From: Akkermansiaceae bacterium
GTDB taxonomy: Bacteria; Verrucomicrobiota; Verrucomicrobiia; Verrucomicrobiales; Akkermansiaceae
Assembly (NCBI GenBank): GCA_051251915.1
Contig: JBPOGF010000023.1
Coordinates: forward strand, 1 to 54,658
Direction: 5' to 3'
Length of the DNA: 54,658 bases
The position numbers and the translations under genes are program-made. Every line of letters starts with the position of its first letter. Position 1 is the stretch's first letter. The notes below the pieces were generated by a model. It had not been told where the DNA came from. It made no database searches and saw only the letters and a program-made list of their open reading frames with translations. Positions 1 to 9,157 of the stretch are shown here, piece after piece.

Positions 1-10
1 TGATGAATGA

Positions 11-66
11 CCCATGGCTGCGCTTTGCTGACCATGGGCTGGAGTATGTGTCACCCTTTCAGGGCT
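11..66. repeat. REP-like palindromic element, family A, copy 1 (probably truncated by the window edge)
   Basis: CCCATGG-ctgcgctttgctga-CCATGGG hairpin followed by CCCTttcAGGG; near-identical copy at 677-732. Confidence 0.8.
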
Positions 67-81
67 GGTGGGGAGAGTTTT

Positions 82-200
82 GAATTAGGAATTAGGAATT
101 AGGAATTAGGAATTAGGAATTAGGAATTAGGAATTAGGAATTAGGAATTAGGAATGTTGAATGTTGAATGTTGAATGTTGAATGTTGAATGGTGAATGGT
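82..200 (+). repeat. Heptamer tandem repeat tract
   Basis: (GAATTAG)x10 at 82-151, (GAATGTT)x5 at 152-186, (GAATGGT)x2 at 187-200. Confidence 0.95.
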
Positions 201-201
201 G

Positions 202-232
202 GTCGCGTAAAGCGATTGGGGGCGCATCCGAT
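202..232. repeat. TCGCGTA...CGAT hairpin element, degenerate copy 1
   Basis: gtcgcgtaaagcgattgggggcgcatccgat resembles the copies at 941, 19512 and 31767. Confidence 0.55.
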
Positions 233-323
233 TGTGTTGTGGAGTTGTGGGGGGTGAGGTTTATTATATAAAAAGCTGGTTTTTATAATAGATTATTACG
301 GTTGGTATTATGTAGGGTGGGGT

Positions 324-617
324 ATGATTAAAGAATGTTTGAGTTGTGGGAGTGGGGATTTTATTGATGGGGTGGAGTTGTTAGATAGTGGGGAAGCGGC
401 TAGAGGGATTGCGACTTTGCGTTTGAAGGCGAATCCTAGTGCGATTTTGTTTAAGGATAGGCGGTATTCTAAGGTGGAGGTGTTGGTGTGTGGGGATTGT
501 GGGTTTGTGCATAGTTTTGCGGCTGATTTGAATGTGCTGCTGGAGGCTAGGGCGGCGAGGGATGGGGTTCCTTTTGTGAAGAAGGAGGTTAAGGTTCAGT
601 GGAAGAGTGAGGAGTGA
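324..617 (+). CDS. Small zinc-ribbon hypothetical protein
   Basis: 97 aa with two CxxC knuckles (CLSC, CGDC); G/T-ending codons typical of + strand genes here. Confidence 0.75.
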   Translation: MIKECLSCGSGDFIDGVELLDSGEAARGIATLRLKANPSAILFKDRRYSKVEVLVCGDCGFVHSFAADLNVLLEARAARDGVPFVKKEVKVQWKSEE

Positions 618-638
618 GCTAGGTTTGCGATGCATGGG

Positions 639-732
639 TCAGGCTTTTAGCCCTCTGGGTAATTGTGAACAGAAAACCCATGGCTGCGCTTTGCTGACCA
701 TGGGCTGGATTATGTATAACCCTTTCAGGGCT
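639..732. repeat. REP-like palindromic element, family A, copy 2
   Basis: Small hairpin (ggct-ttt-agcc), then CCCATGG..CCATGGG at 677-704, then CCCTttcAGGG at 720-730. Confidence 0.8.
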
Positions 733-767
733 GGGGAGTTGAGAATTAAGAATTAGGAATTTCCTCC

Positions 768-851
768 GTGCCTTCAGCACTGTAATTGTTGGGGGGAATG
801 TTTTCCCAGCGTTGAAACGCTGGGCTTTGGAGCCTTTCTCCCTTCAGGAGA
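768..851. repeat. REP-like three-hairpin element, family B
   Basis: GTGC-cttca-GCAC at 768-780; CCCAGCGTT-ga-AACGCTGGG at 805-824; TCTCC-cttca-GGAGA at 837-851. Confidence 0.7.
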
Positions 852-862
852 TGAGGAGGTTT

Positions 863-939
863 GAATTAGGAATTAGGGATTAGGGATTAGGGATTAGGGA
901 TTAGGAATTTGGAATTTGGAATTTGGAACGTTGATCGGT
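863..939 (+). repeat. Heptamer tandem repeat tract including (TTAGGGA)x4
   Basis: GAATTAGx2, GGATTAGx4, GAATTTGx3, GAACGTT, GATCGGT in unbroken 7-nt register. Confidence 0.9.
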
Positions 940-940
940 G

Positions 941-971
941 ATCGCGTAAAACGGCAGGGGCCGCACGCGAT
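941..971. repeat. TCGCGTA...CGAT hairpin element, copy 2
   Basis: ATCGCGT-aaaa-CGGC-aggg-GCCG-c-ACGCGAT, 5 nt beyond the stop codon of the minus-strand gene 977-3505. Confidence 0.75.
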
Positions 972-976
972 TGTTT

Positions 977-3505
977 TTAGGGTTTGCGGAAGAGGGGGCT
1001 TAGGGCGATTTGTTTTATTATGTCTTGGGTGCGGTGGTTGTTGGGTTTGGTTTTTGTGAGGATGTCTTCGATGGCGGTTTGGTCAGAGAACTCGATGCGG
1101 CGGCCTAGGGCGTAGGTGAAGATGGATTCAGTTAGTTCCTTGGCTAGTTTGTGTTTCTGGGTGAGGAGGATGGTTTTGAGTTGTTGGACGTTTTTGAAGG
1201 GTTGCTTATTTAGGGTGCCGCCTGGGATGATGGGCTCAAATTTTTTGCCGACTTGTTCTAGACTTCGCCAGCGGCCGATGGAGTCGAAATTCTCTAGTCC
1301 GAAGCCGATGACGTCCATTTTCTGGTGGCATGAGGCGCAGACTGCTTGTTGTTGGTGCATGAGGACTAGGTCGCGGTTGGTGTGAGGTTTGGTGATGTTG
1401 GAGCCTAGTTCTGGGACGTTTGGTGGTGGTGGGGCGGGTTTGTCATGGAGGATTTTTTCCATGACGAGGGCGCCACGGATGACGGGGGAGGAGCGCTCGC
1501 CGTTAGAGCCAACCATGAGGAAGTAGGCTTGGGTGAGGAGGCCTCCGCGAGGGGAGTGTGGTGGGAGTTTTATTTTTTTGAAGGTGTTGGGGGATTGGTC
1601 GGCTTGGAATGGGATGCCGTAGTGGGCTGCTAGGGTGCCGTTGACGGTGATGAATGAGGAGTCGATGAGGTTTTCTACTGGGAGGTTTTCTTTGATGAGG
1701 GTGTGAAAGAATTGGTTCATTTCTAGTTTGGCTGCGTGTCTTAGGCCGTCGTTGTAGAAGAGGTGGTCGCTGGGGTCTATGGAGACGGCTTGGAAGCGGT
1801 CTAGCTCTGCCCATTGGTCCATGAATCCGGTGGTGAATGCTTGGGCGCGTGGTGATGCTAGGAGGCGGTCGATTTGTTTTTCGTAGATTCTGGGGTTGGT
1901 GAGGTTGGCGGCGTAGAGTTCTGCATCTGGTGGTGAGCTCCAGAGGTAGTAGGAGAGGCGGATGGCTAGCTCACGGTTGGAGAGGGGCTTGTGTGGCTGG
2001 TGGGATGGGGGGGCTTGTTCTTGGATGAAGAGGAAGCTGGGTGAGGAGAGGACGATGCCGATGACTTCTGTTAGGGCGTCATTGAACTTGAGGCCTTTTT
2101 TGCGGAGCTTGGTGAAGTGGGTGTGGAGGGCGTCTATGTAGATGCTGTCGGGGGTCTGGTGGCGGAAGGCTTCGTAGGTGAATTTTTCTAGGAAGGTGCG
2201 GACTTTGTGGTCAAGGTTGATGTATTCATTTCTGCTGCCTGTGGGGCGATCTGGGAAGAGGATGTCTTCGATGATGGGGCGCTGTTCTGGGTAGAGTGGG
2301 CCTTCGATTTCTACCCAGTCGAGCCACATGCTTATTTTGTTAGGTCTGTTATTTTCTTTGGCTTGTTTGTCGAGGACGCTGGTTGCTCTTCTGTATGCGG
2401 GCTTGGAGATGTTTTGTGATAGGCGGGCGTTGACTCTCTGATTTTCCATGGTGGGGCGGACGGAGAGCAGGACTGTGGATGGCTTCTGGGATGAGCCTGT
2501 GATCTGGCGGGTGGCCATGGCGCCTTTGCTGCCATAGACGTAGAGGAGGCGTCTGAGGGGGGAGATGGTGGTGGAGGGGTCTGACTGATAGATGCCGGCT
2601 TGGATCTTGATGTTGTAGCTGGCGCGGGGGTCTGCGTTGTTGATGCCGAAGTTGGCGAGTCTGGAGTCTGTTGCGACGAGTAGTCCTTTTTGGCGGACGG
2701 GGTCGTTGAGGATGTCGTGGTAGTTTTTGACGGTTTTGTCGTATTTCTTGAAGTAGTCATCCATTTCTTTTTGGGAGATGAATTTCATTTTTTTGTAGGA
2801 GGCTCCTGATTCTTTGAGGGCTTTCTGGGCAAGTGCGCTTTTGAGTTTTCTTTTGATTTCGTTGATCTGGTTGGTTTCGGCTTCTTTTTTGGTGATCTTT
2901 GGCTTTTTGTGTGGGCGGGTGTTTAGTCGTAGGGACTGGGTGGCTATTTTTTTGCCTAGTTCGAAGTATCGGTCGAAGTGGACTGAGGTGAAGAATTGTT
3001 CATCGCCAACGGTGTCGAAGGTTTGGATTTCACCGTCTTCAGGGATGGAGTAGGGGTCGATGTCGAAGCCGAAGAGTGCGTCGATGGTGGCTTTGTATTC
3101 GCGGCGGTTGAGGCGGCGCATGGTGATTTCTCCGCCTTGTGAGTTGAGTTTTTGGCGGGCTTCGTGGAGGGTGGTGGTGAGTGATCCTAGGACGGTGATG
3201 AGTTCATCTTGGGTGGGTTGGTCTTCATCTATGGGAGGCATGTCTCCAGCGTTGAGCTGGTCTAGGACGTCTTGCCAGCGCTGGGCACTGTCGTTGTCTG
3301 CGATGCTCCAGGGGCCTTGGTCTAGGCGGACTTGGCCTTTTTGTTTGTCTGGGCCGTGGCAGGCGACGCAGTGTTTCTGGAGGAAGGGTTGTAGTTTTTC
3401 TTTGGGGAGGGTGATGTTGTGGTTTTGGGTTTGGGGTCGGCTTTGAGCGGGGAGTGACGAAAATACGCCAGTGAGTATGAGGGTGATGAGGGTGTGGAGT
3501 CTCAT
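977..3505 (-). CDS. DUF1592/DUF1588/DUF1587/DUF1585-type protein with planctomycete cytochrome c domain
   Basis: Signal peptide, CVACH and CASCH heme motifs, MPP, RRLNRREY, LSYYLWSSPPD, GFGLENFD, YALGR motifs. Confidence 0.9.
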   Translation of the reverse strand: MRLHTLITLILTGVFSSLPAQSRPQTQNHNITLPKEKLQPFLQKHCVACHGPDKQKGQVRLDQGPWSIADNDSAQRWQDVLDQLNAGDMPPIDEDQPTQDELITVLGSLTTTLHEARQKLNSQGGEITMRRLNRREYKATIDALFGFDIDPYSIPEDGEIQTFDTVGDEQFFTSVHFDRYFELGKKIATQSLRLNTRPHKKPKITKKEAETNQINEIKRKLKSALAQKALKESGASYKKMKFISQKEMDDYFKKYDKTVKNYHDILNDPVRQKGLLVATDSRLANFGINNADPRASYNIKIQAGIYQSDPSTTISPLRRLLYVYGSKGAMATRQITGSSQKPSTVLLSVRPTMENQRVNARLSQNISKPAYRRATSVLDKQAKENNRPNKISMWLDWVEIEGPLYPEQRPIIEDILFPDRPTGSRNEYINLDHKVRTFLEKFTYEAFRHQTPDSIYIDALHTHFTKLRKKGLKFNDALTEVIGIVLSSPSFLFIQEQAPPSHQPHKPLSNRELAIRLSYYLWSSPPDAELYAANLTNPRIYEKQIDRLLASPRAQAFTTGFMDQWAELDRFQAVSIDPSDHLFYNDGLRHAAKLEMNQFFHTLIKENLPVENLIDSSFITVNGTLAAHYGIPFQADQSPNTFKKIKLPPHSPRGGLLTQAYFLMVGSNGERSSPVIRGALVMEKILHDKPAPPPPNVPELGSNITKPHTNRDLVLMHQQQAVCASCHQKMDVIGFGLENFDSIGRWRSLEQVGKKFEPIIPGGTLNKQPFKNVQQLKTILLTQKHKLAKELTESIFTYALGRRIEFSDQTAIEDILTKTKPNNHRTQDIIKQIALSPLFRKP

Positions 3506-3561
3506 GTGGTTGAATTTTGAATTTTGAAATGTGAATTTTGAAACCTGGATAGTGAATTTTT

Positions 3562-4875
3562 TTAGGTTAGGAGTTCTGGGATGTTTCCTGTGCTGTGGCT
3601 GAATTTTTGGAGTGGGATGCCGGCTTCTTGCATGAGGGTGAGCCAGTAGTTGGCTAGGGGGGTGTCTTTTTCTGGGAGGATGATGTGGCGGCCGTGTTTG
3701 ATGTTGGTGGCGCCGCCTCCGGTGAGTAGGGCGGGGACGTTTTTGAGTTCGTGGCCGCTGCGGAGGTTGGAGCCGTAACTGACGATGCAGTTGTCGTAGA
3801 GGCGGGTGCCGTCATGGTCTTTGGCTTGTTTGAGGCGGTCAATGAAGTGGGCGAAGAGTGCGGAGCATTTTTGGTCACGCTGGCGTGAGGCTTCGGTGCG
3901 AGTGGGGGAGAATCCGTAGTGGCTGAGTGAGTGGGCTTTGATACCGATACCCATTCCTGAGAGGACTGAGCAGACGGGCTGACGGTAGCTGATGACGTTG
4001 GTCATGTTTGTCTGGAGGGCGATGATGATCATGTCGTACATGATTTTGATGGCTTCTTCTCCGGTGATGCCTTCGAATGGTGCGGCGAATGGTGCGGACA
4101 TTTTAGGGATGTCTGCCCATTTGGCTTGGCGCTCGAGGCTGATTTCTACTTGGCGGATTCCGGTGAAGTATTCGTCGAGTTTTTCGCGGTCATTTTTGCT
4201 GAGGCTTTTTTGGGTGCGGGTGCCGTTGAGGAGGACGACGTCTAGGATGCTTTGTTTTTGTTTGATGGATGTTTCTAGGGCGTCTTTGGTTTTCTTACCG
4301 TTAGCGAAGATTTCGTTGTAGAGGTCGAGCGGGGTGGTGACACCGGGGATAGGATTTCCTGTTGCGTCCCAGGCGAGGGAGAGTCCGGCGCCGTGGCCGG
4401 AGTTCTGGAGGCCGTCTTGTTCTTTGGCGGAGAGGATGAGGGATGCGTAGCGGGTGTCTTTTCCTAGGTGTTCTGCTGCGAGTTGGTCACATGAGATGGA
4501 GTTGTGGAAGCGCTTGCCGGGAGTGCCGGCTACGTTGGCTCCGGTGAGGTAGGATCCGCTGCCTCCGTGGGGGTTGGAGGCGCCTAGGTTGGTCATGTTG
4601 CTGACCATGGTGATGTCGTTTAGGTGACGCTTGAGTGGGGCGAGGCCTTCTGTGACGCCAATTTCTTTGAATGCGCCGGCTTTTTTAGGATAGAAGGTTT
4701 TCTTGGTGAAGCCGAAGCCGCCGCCGAGGAATACCATGCGTTTAGCAGGGGATGATGATGCCGCGAGGGATTTACTAAGTGGGGCTGCGAAGCTTTCTAG
4801 AAACGGTAGAGCTAGGATAGAACCGCCGAGACGGAGAAATGAGCGGCGAGATGTGGCATTGGTGTGGAAAGACAT
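3562..4875 (-). CDS. DUF1552 domain Tat-exported protein
   Basis: SRRSFL twin-arginine signal, LPFLES, SCDQLAA, DREKLDEYF motifs; standard partner upstream of a DUF1592 gene. Confidence 0.9.
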   Translation of the reverse strand: MSFHTNATSRRSFLRLGGSILALPFLESFAAPLSKSLAASSSPAKRMVFLGGGFGFTKKTFYPKKAGAFKEIGVTEGLAPLKRHLNDITMVSNMTNLGASNPHGGSGSYLTGANVAGTPGKRFHNSISCDQLAAEHLGKDTRYASLILSAKEQDGLQNSGHGAGLSLAWDATGNPIPGVTTPLDLYNEIFANGKKTKDALETSIKQKQSILDVVLLNGTRTQKSLSKNDREKLDEYFTGIRQVEISLERQAKWADIPKMSAPFAAPFEGITGEEAIKIMYDMIIIALQTNMTNVISYRQPVCSVLSGMGIGIKAHSLSHYGFSPTRTEASRQRDQKCSALFAHFIDRLKQAKDHDGTRLYDNCIVSYGSNLRSGHELKNVPALLTGGGATNIKHGRHIILPEKDTPLANYWLTLMQEAGIPLQKFSHSTGNIPELLT

Positions 4876-4994
4876 GGGTTTGGGGTGATTTTGGGGTGAT
4901 TTTGGTGAATGGTATTGTGGGAGTTCCTAGGGGGTGATGGGCTTGTGGTTACAATGTTTCTAGAGAAGGTGAGGTTATTTTGGTGTGTGTATTA

Positions 4995-5022
4995 TAATAC
5001 GGGAGGTGAGGGGTAATTTTCA
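4995..5022 (-). promoter_or_regulatory. Putative ECF sigma-type promoter
   Basis: Minus strand TGAAA-N16-CGTATTA upstream of the DUF1552 gene; same -10 and spacing at 33931-33958. Confidence 0.5.
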
Positions 5023-5041
5023 TCCTCATTTTGTAGGATGG

Positions 5042-5096
5042 GGGCGCTTTGCTTGAATGTGGAATTAGGAATTAGGAATTAGGAATTGGGAATTGG
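5042..5096 (+). repeat. GGGCGCTTYGCTT head plus heptamer tract
   Basis: gggcgctttgctt, then GAATGTG, GAATTAGx3, GAATTGGx2; same head and tract at 29046-29086. Confidence 0.8.
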
Positions 5097-5111
5097 GATG
5101 GGTGGGGAGAG

Positions 5112-5143
5112 AAAACCCATGGCAGTGGTTTGCTGGCCATGGG
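5112..5143 (-). terminator. Intrinsic terminator of acnA, similar to REP family A
   Basis: Minus strand CCCATGGC..GCCATGGG-TTTT about 35 nt after the acnA stop. Confidence 0.6.
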
Positions 5144-5178
5144 GTGAGTCTGATTGTTCCTTTTAGAGGTGGTTTTGA

Positions 5179-8076
5179 TTATTGTTTGTTGGCGTCTAGG
5201 ATTTGGTTTAGGACGTAGGGGAGGATGCCTCCGTTTAGGTAGTAGTCTACTTCTGCGGGGGTGTCGATGCGGACGGTGAGGGGGACTTGGAAGGTGGATT
5301 TGTCTGCGGTGGTGACGGTGAGGGTGGCGGGTTGGCCAGGGGTAAGTTTTCCGCTGAGGCCGGTGATGGAGTAGGTGGAGCCTGGGGCGGCGGCTACTTT
5401 GTCGTAGTCGGATTTGTCTTGGAAGGTGAGGGGGAGGACGCCCATGCCGATGAGGTTGGAGCGGTGGATGCGCTCGTAGCTTTTGGTGACGACGGCGCTG
5501 ACGCCTAGGAGGCGGGTGCCTTTGGCTGCCCAGTCACGGGAGGAGCCCATGCCGTAGTCTTCTCCGGCGATGACGATGAGGTCTGTGCCGTCTTGTTTGT
5601 ATGCCATGGCGGCATCGTAGATGAAGGCGGGCTGGGAGTGTGGGCAGGGTTTGTTGCCAGAGATAGGGCAGGTGGCGACGATTTCTTGATCTGGGGCGGG
5701 CATGGTTTTCTCTCCGTAGTAGAGGGTGTAACCGCCTTCGATGCCTTCGCACATGAGGTTTTTGATACGGACGTTGGCGAAGGTGCCACGGGTCATGACG
5801 CGGTCGTTTCCTCGGCGTGATCCGAAGGAGTTGAATGATGCTTTTTCGACGCCGTTTTCTAGGAGGTATTTGCCAGCTGGGGAGGTGGGGCCGATGGCTC
5901 CGGCTGGGGAGATGTGGTCGGTGGTGACGGAGTCTCCGAAGATGCCTAGGGGGCGGGCGTCTGGGATGTCTTTGGCCTGGGTGGCTGGGGTGCGTGAGAA
6001 GTCATCGAAGAATGGTGGGTTCTGGATGTAGGTGGAGTTTTCTTCCCATGCGTAGATGTCTCCGGTGGCTGACTGGATGTCTACCCAGTTCTGGTTGGCG
6101 GTGTCTAGGTTGCTGTAGAGTTTCTGGAAGACTTCTGGGACGAGGGCGGAGTCGATGACTTGGCGGAGTTCTTGTGGGGTTGGCCAGAGGTCTTTGAGGT
6201 AGATGGGGTTGCCTTTGGTGTCGTTGCCGATGGGGTCTGTGGCTAGGTCTAGATCGACACGGCCGGCTAGGGCGTAGGCGACGACGAGTGGGGGTGACAT
6301 GAGGAAGTTGGCACGGATGGAGCCGTGGATGCGGGCCTCGAAGTTACGGTTGCCGGAGAGGACTGAGGCGCAGACGAGGTCGCCTTGTTTGATGCCGTCT
6401 TCGATGGCTGGGTGGAGTGGGCCGGAGTTACCGATGCAGGTGGTGCAGCCGTAGCCGACGGTTTGGAAGCCGAGGGTGTCTAGTTCTGCTTGGAGGCCGG
6501 TTTTGGTGAGGTAGTCTGTGACGACGCGGGAGCCTGGGCCGAGTGAGGTTTTGACGTAGGGGGCGATGGTGAGGCCGAGTTGGTTTGCTTTTTTGGCGAC
6601 GAGTCCTGCGGCGAGCATGACGCTGGGGTTGGAGGTGTTGGTGCAGGAGGTGATGGCGGCGATGAGGACGGAGCCGTGGGTGAGCTGGGTGTCTATGGGG
6701 AGGAAGGCTTTTGCGGCGTCGACTTGGTTGGGTGTGGGGCGGTTGTTGAGCATTTCTGCTTTGTCTCTGGCTGCGCCTGGTGTGGGGTTATCTAGGAGTG
6801 ATCCGATGGCGGTGCCTGCGGGTTCTGGCATGTGGATGTCTATGGTGGTGTTGCGGGTGGAGGAGTCACGGCCGAAGCCTCCGTTGGAGGTGGGTGCGGT
6901 GAAGAGGTGGTTGAATGTGGCTCCTAGTTTGGGGACATCGATACGGTCTTGTGGGCGTTTGGGGCCGGAGACTGCGGGGAGGATGGTGGAGAGGTCTAGG
7001 GTGAGGTTGTCTGTGTAGTCGATCTGGTTTTTTTCTGGGATGCCCCACATTTCTTGTGCTTTGAAGTAGTTTTCGAGTGTGGTGCAGTCTTCTTGTGGGC
7101 GTCCGGTGCCGCGGAGGTAGGCGAGGGATTCTTGATCGAGTGGGAAGAATCCCATGGTGGCTCCGTATTCTGGAGCCATGTTGGCGATGGTGGCGCGGTC
7201 TGGTAGGGTGAGTGCTGAGGCACCTGGGCCGTAGAATTCGACGAATTTGCCGACGACTCCGTGGTTGCGGAGGATTTCTGTGATACGGAGTGTGAGGTCT
7301 GTGGCGGTGACTCCGTTGTTGAGTGTACCGTGGAGGTAGACGCCGACGACTTCTGGGACGAGGATGGTGACTGGCTGGCCGAGCATGGCGGCTTCTGCTT
7401 CGATGCCACCGACGCCCCAGCCTACGACTCCGAGGCCGTTGATCATGGTGGTGTGTGAGTCTGTACCTACTAGGGTGTCTGGGTAGTAGGTGTTGTTTTT
7501 TGAGAGGGTTCCTTTTGCGAGGTGTTCTAGGTTTACTTGGTGGACGATGCCGATGCCTGGGGGGACTACGTTGAAGGTGCCGAATGCTTGTTGGCCCCAT
7601 TTGAGGAATTGGTAGCGTTCTTTGTTGCGGATGAATTCTATTTGGAGGTTGCGGTTGAGGGCGGATTGGGAGCCGGCGAAGTCTACTTGGACTGAGTGGT
7701 CGATGACGAGGTCAACGGGGACGAGGGGTTCTACGATGGATGGGTCTGCACCTGCTTTGGCTGCGGCATTACGCATGGCGGCGAGGTCAACGACGAGTGG
7801 GACGCCGGTGAAGTCTTGGAGGACGACGCGGCCTACGGTGAATGGGACTTCGTATGAGCCTGGGGATTTTGCATTCCAGTTGGCGAGATTTCTGACGTCT
7901 TGTTCGGTGATTTTTTTGCCATCGCAGTTACGGAGGAGGGATTCTAGGACGATGCGGATGGAGATGGGGAGGCGGGAGATGTTAGGGAAGCCTTGGGCTT
8001 GGAGTGCGGGGAGTGAGTGGTAGTTTGCTGTGGTTCCGTGGCCTGTGGTGAATGATTTTAGGGTATTTTTTTTCAT
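5179..8076 (-). CDS. acnA: Aconitate hydratase A
   Basis: [63 protein letters not shown] motifs. Confidence 0.98.
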   Translation of the reverse strand: MKKNTLKSFTTGHGTTANYHSLPALQAQGFPNISRLPISIRIVLESLLRNCDGKKITEQDVRNLANWNAKSPGSYEVPFTVGRVVLQDFTGVPLVVDLAAMRNAAAKAGADPSIVEPLVPVDLVIDHSVQVDFAGSQSALNRNLQIEFIRNKERYQFLKWGQQAFGTFNVVPPGIGIVHQVNLEHLAKGTLSKNNTYYPDTLVGTDSHTTMINGLGVVGWGVGGIEAEAAMLGQPVTILVPEVVGVYLHGTLNNGVTATDLTLRITEILRNHGVVGKFVEFYGPGASALTLPDRATIANMAPEYGATMGFFPLDQESLAYLRGTGRPQEDCTTLENYFKAQEMWGIPEKNQIDYTDNLTLDLSTILPAVSGPKRPQDRIDVPKLGATFNHLFTAPTSNGGFGRDSSTRNTTIDIHMPEPAGTAIGSLLDNPTPGAARDKAEMLNNRPTPNQVDAAKAFLPIDTQLTHGSVLIAAITSCTNTSNPSVMLAAGLVAKKANQLGLTIAPYVKTSLGPGSRVVTDYLTKTGLQAELDTLGFQTVGYGCTTCIGNSGPLHPAIEDGIKQGDLVCASVLSGNRNFEARIHGSIRANFLMSPPLVVAYALAGRVDLDLATDPIGNDTKGNPIYLKDLWPTPQELRQVIDSALVPEVFQKLYSNLDTANQNWVDIQSATGDIYAWEENSTYIQNPPFFDDFSRTPATQAKDIPDARPLGIFGDSVTTDHISPAGAIGPTSPAGKYLLENGVEKASFNSFGSRRGNDRVMTRGTFANVRIKNLMCEGIEGGYTLYYGEKTMPAPDQEIVATCPISGNKPCPHSQPAFIYDAAMAYKQDGTDLIVIAGEDYGMGSSRDWAAKGTRLLGVSAVVTKSYERIHRSNLIGMGVLPLTFQDKSDYDKVAAAPGSTYSITGLSGKLTPGQPATLTVTTADKSTFQVPLTVRIDTPAEVDYYLNGGILPYVLNQILDANKQ

Positions 8077-8165
8077 GTTGATGGGGTTTGTGTATTTACG
8101 ATCTATTATAATACAGATGTGTAGATAAACAAATTATCAAATGAGGTGGTGGGTGGTGGTGATTG

Positions 8166-9089
8166 TTAGAAGATGGACATGCCGGTGTGGCTGGTGAGGA
8201 GTTCTAGGGCGTGGATGCCGGTGGCGGAGTTGCCTTTTGGGTTGAGTCTGGGGCTCCAGGTGGCGACGGCGAATTGTCCTGGGTGGATTGCTACGATTCC
8301 TCCTCCTACGCCGCTTTTGGCTGGGAGGCCTACTCGGAAGGCGAATTCGCCGGCTTCATCGTAGAGGCCGCAGGTTTGCATGATGGCGTTGATACGCTTG
8401 GTGCGTTGTGGGCAGAGGATGGTTTCTCCGGTGGTGAGGAGTTTTCCTGAGTTGGCGAGGAGGGTGAATGTGCGCGAGAGTTCTTGGCATGACATGGCGA
8501 TGGCGCAGGCGTGGAAGTAGAGGTCTAGGACGGTGTCGATGTCGGAGTGGATGTTTCCGAAGCTTTTCATGAAGTTGATGATGGAGGTGTTTCTGAATCC
8601 GTGGGCTTTTTCTGAGGCGACGACTTTTTCTATGTAGTTGATGGTGTTTGAGCCGGCGAGGTGGCGGACGAAGTTGAGGTATTGTGTTTTTGGGTCATCG
8701 AGTAGTTCTACGAGGACGTCGCAGAGGACGATGGCGCCAGCGTTGATGAAGGGGTTGCGGGGGATGCCTTGTTCGTGTTCTAGCTGGACGAGGGAGTTGA
8801 ATGGGTCACCTGAGGGTTCTACGTCGACTCTTTTGAAGAGGTCTGGGCCTAGTGCTAGGCTGGCTTTTGCGAGGAGGAGGACTTTGGTGATGCTTTGGAT
8901 GGAGAAGCGTTCTTGGTAGTCACCGATGCCGATGTTGTCTCCGGTGAGGGTGGAGATGTGCATGCCGAATTTGTTGGGGTCTACGGAGGCTAGTTCTGGG
9001 ATGTAGCTGGCAATTTCCCCGGTTTGGTGTGGGGATACGGTGGTTTGGATGTTGGTTAGGATTTGTTGTAGTTTGTTCATTTCAGTCAT
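8166..9089 (-). CDS. glsA: Glutaminase
   Basis: YIPELA, FSIQSITK (catalytic SxxK), EPSGDPFNS, NPFINAGA, GLPAKSGVGGG. Confidence 0.96.
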   Translation of the reverse strand: MTEMNKLQQILTNIQTTVSPHQTGEIASYIPELASVDPNKFGMHISTLTGDNIGIGDYQERFSIQSITKVLLLAKASLALGPDLFKRVDVEPSGDPFNSLVQLEHEQGIPRNPFINAGAIVLCDVLVELLDDPKTQYLNFVRHLAGSNTINYIEKVVASEKAHGFRNTSIINFMKSFGNIHSDIDTVLDLYFHACAIAMSCQELSRTFTLLANSGKLLTTGETILCPQRTKRINAIMQTCGLYDEAGEFAFRVGLPAKSGVGGGIVAIHPGQFAVATWSPRLNPKGNSATGIHALELLTSHTGMSIF

Positions 9090-9157
9090 GTTGGGTGGTT
9101 GATGACTGTTGTTTTATAGGGAGGGTGGTGATGTCACAACTAGATTTAGGGTGGGGG

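Noticed and set aside
82..200. Tandem repeats as a CRISPR array
   Set aside because: Contiguous 7-nt units with no unique spacers and no cas genes in the window
6866..7600. 244-aa alternative-frame ORF inside acnA, and similar Arg/Pro/His-rich ORFs such as 9252-9884
   Set aside because: Off-frame shadows of real genes; the skewed composition suppresses stop codons; no recognisable motifs
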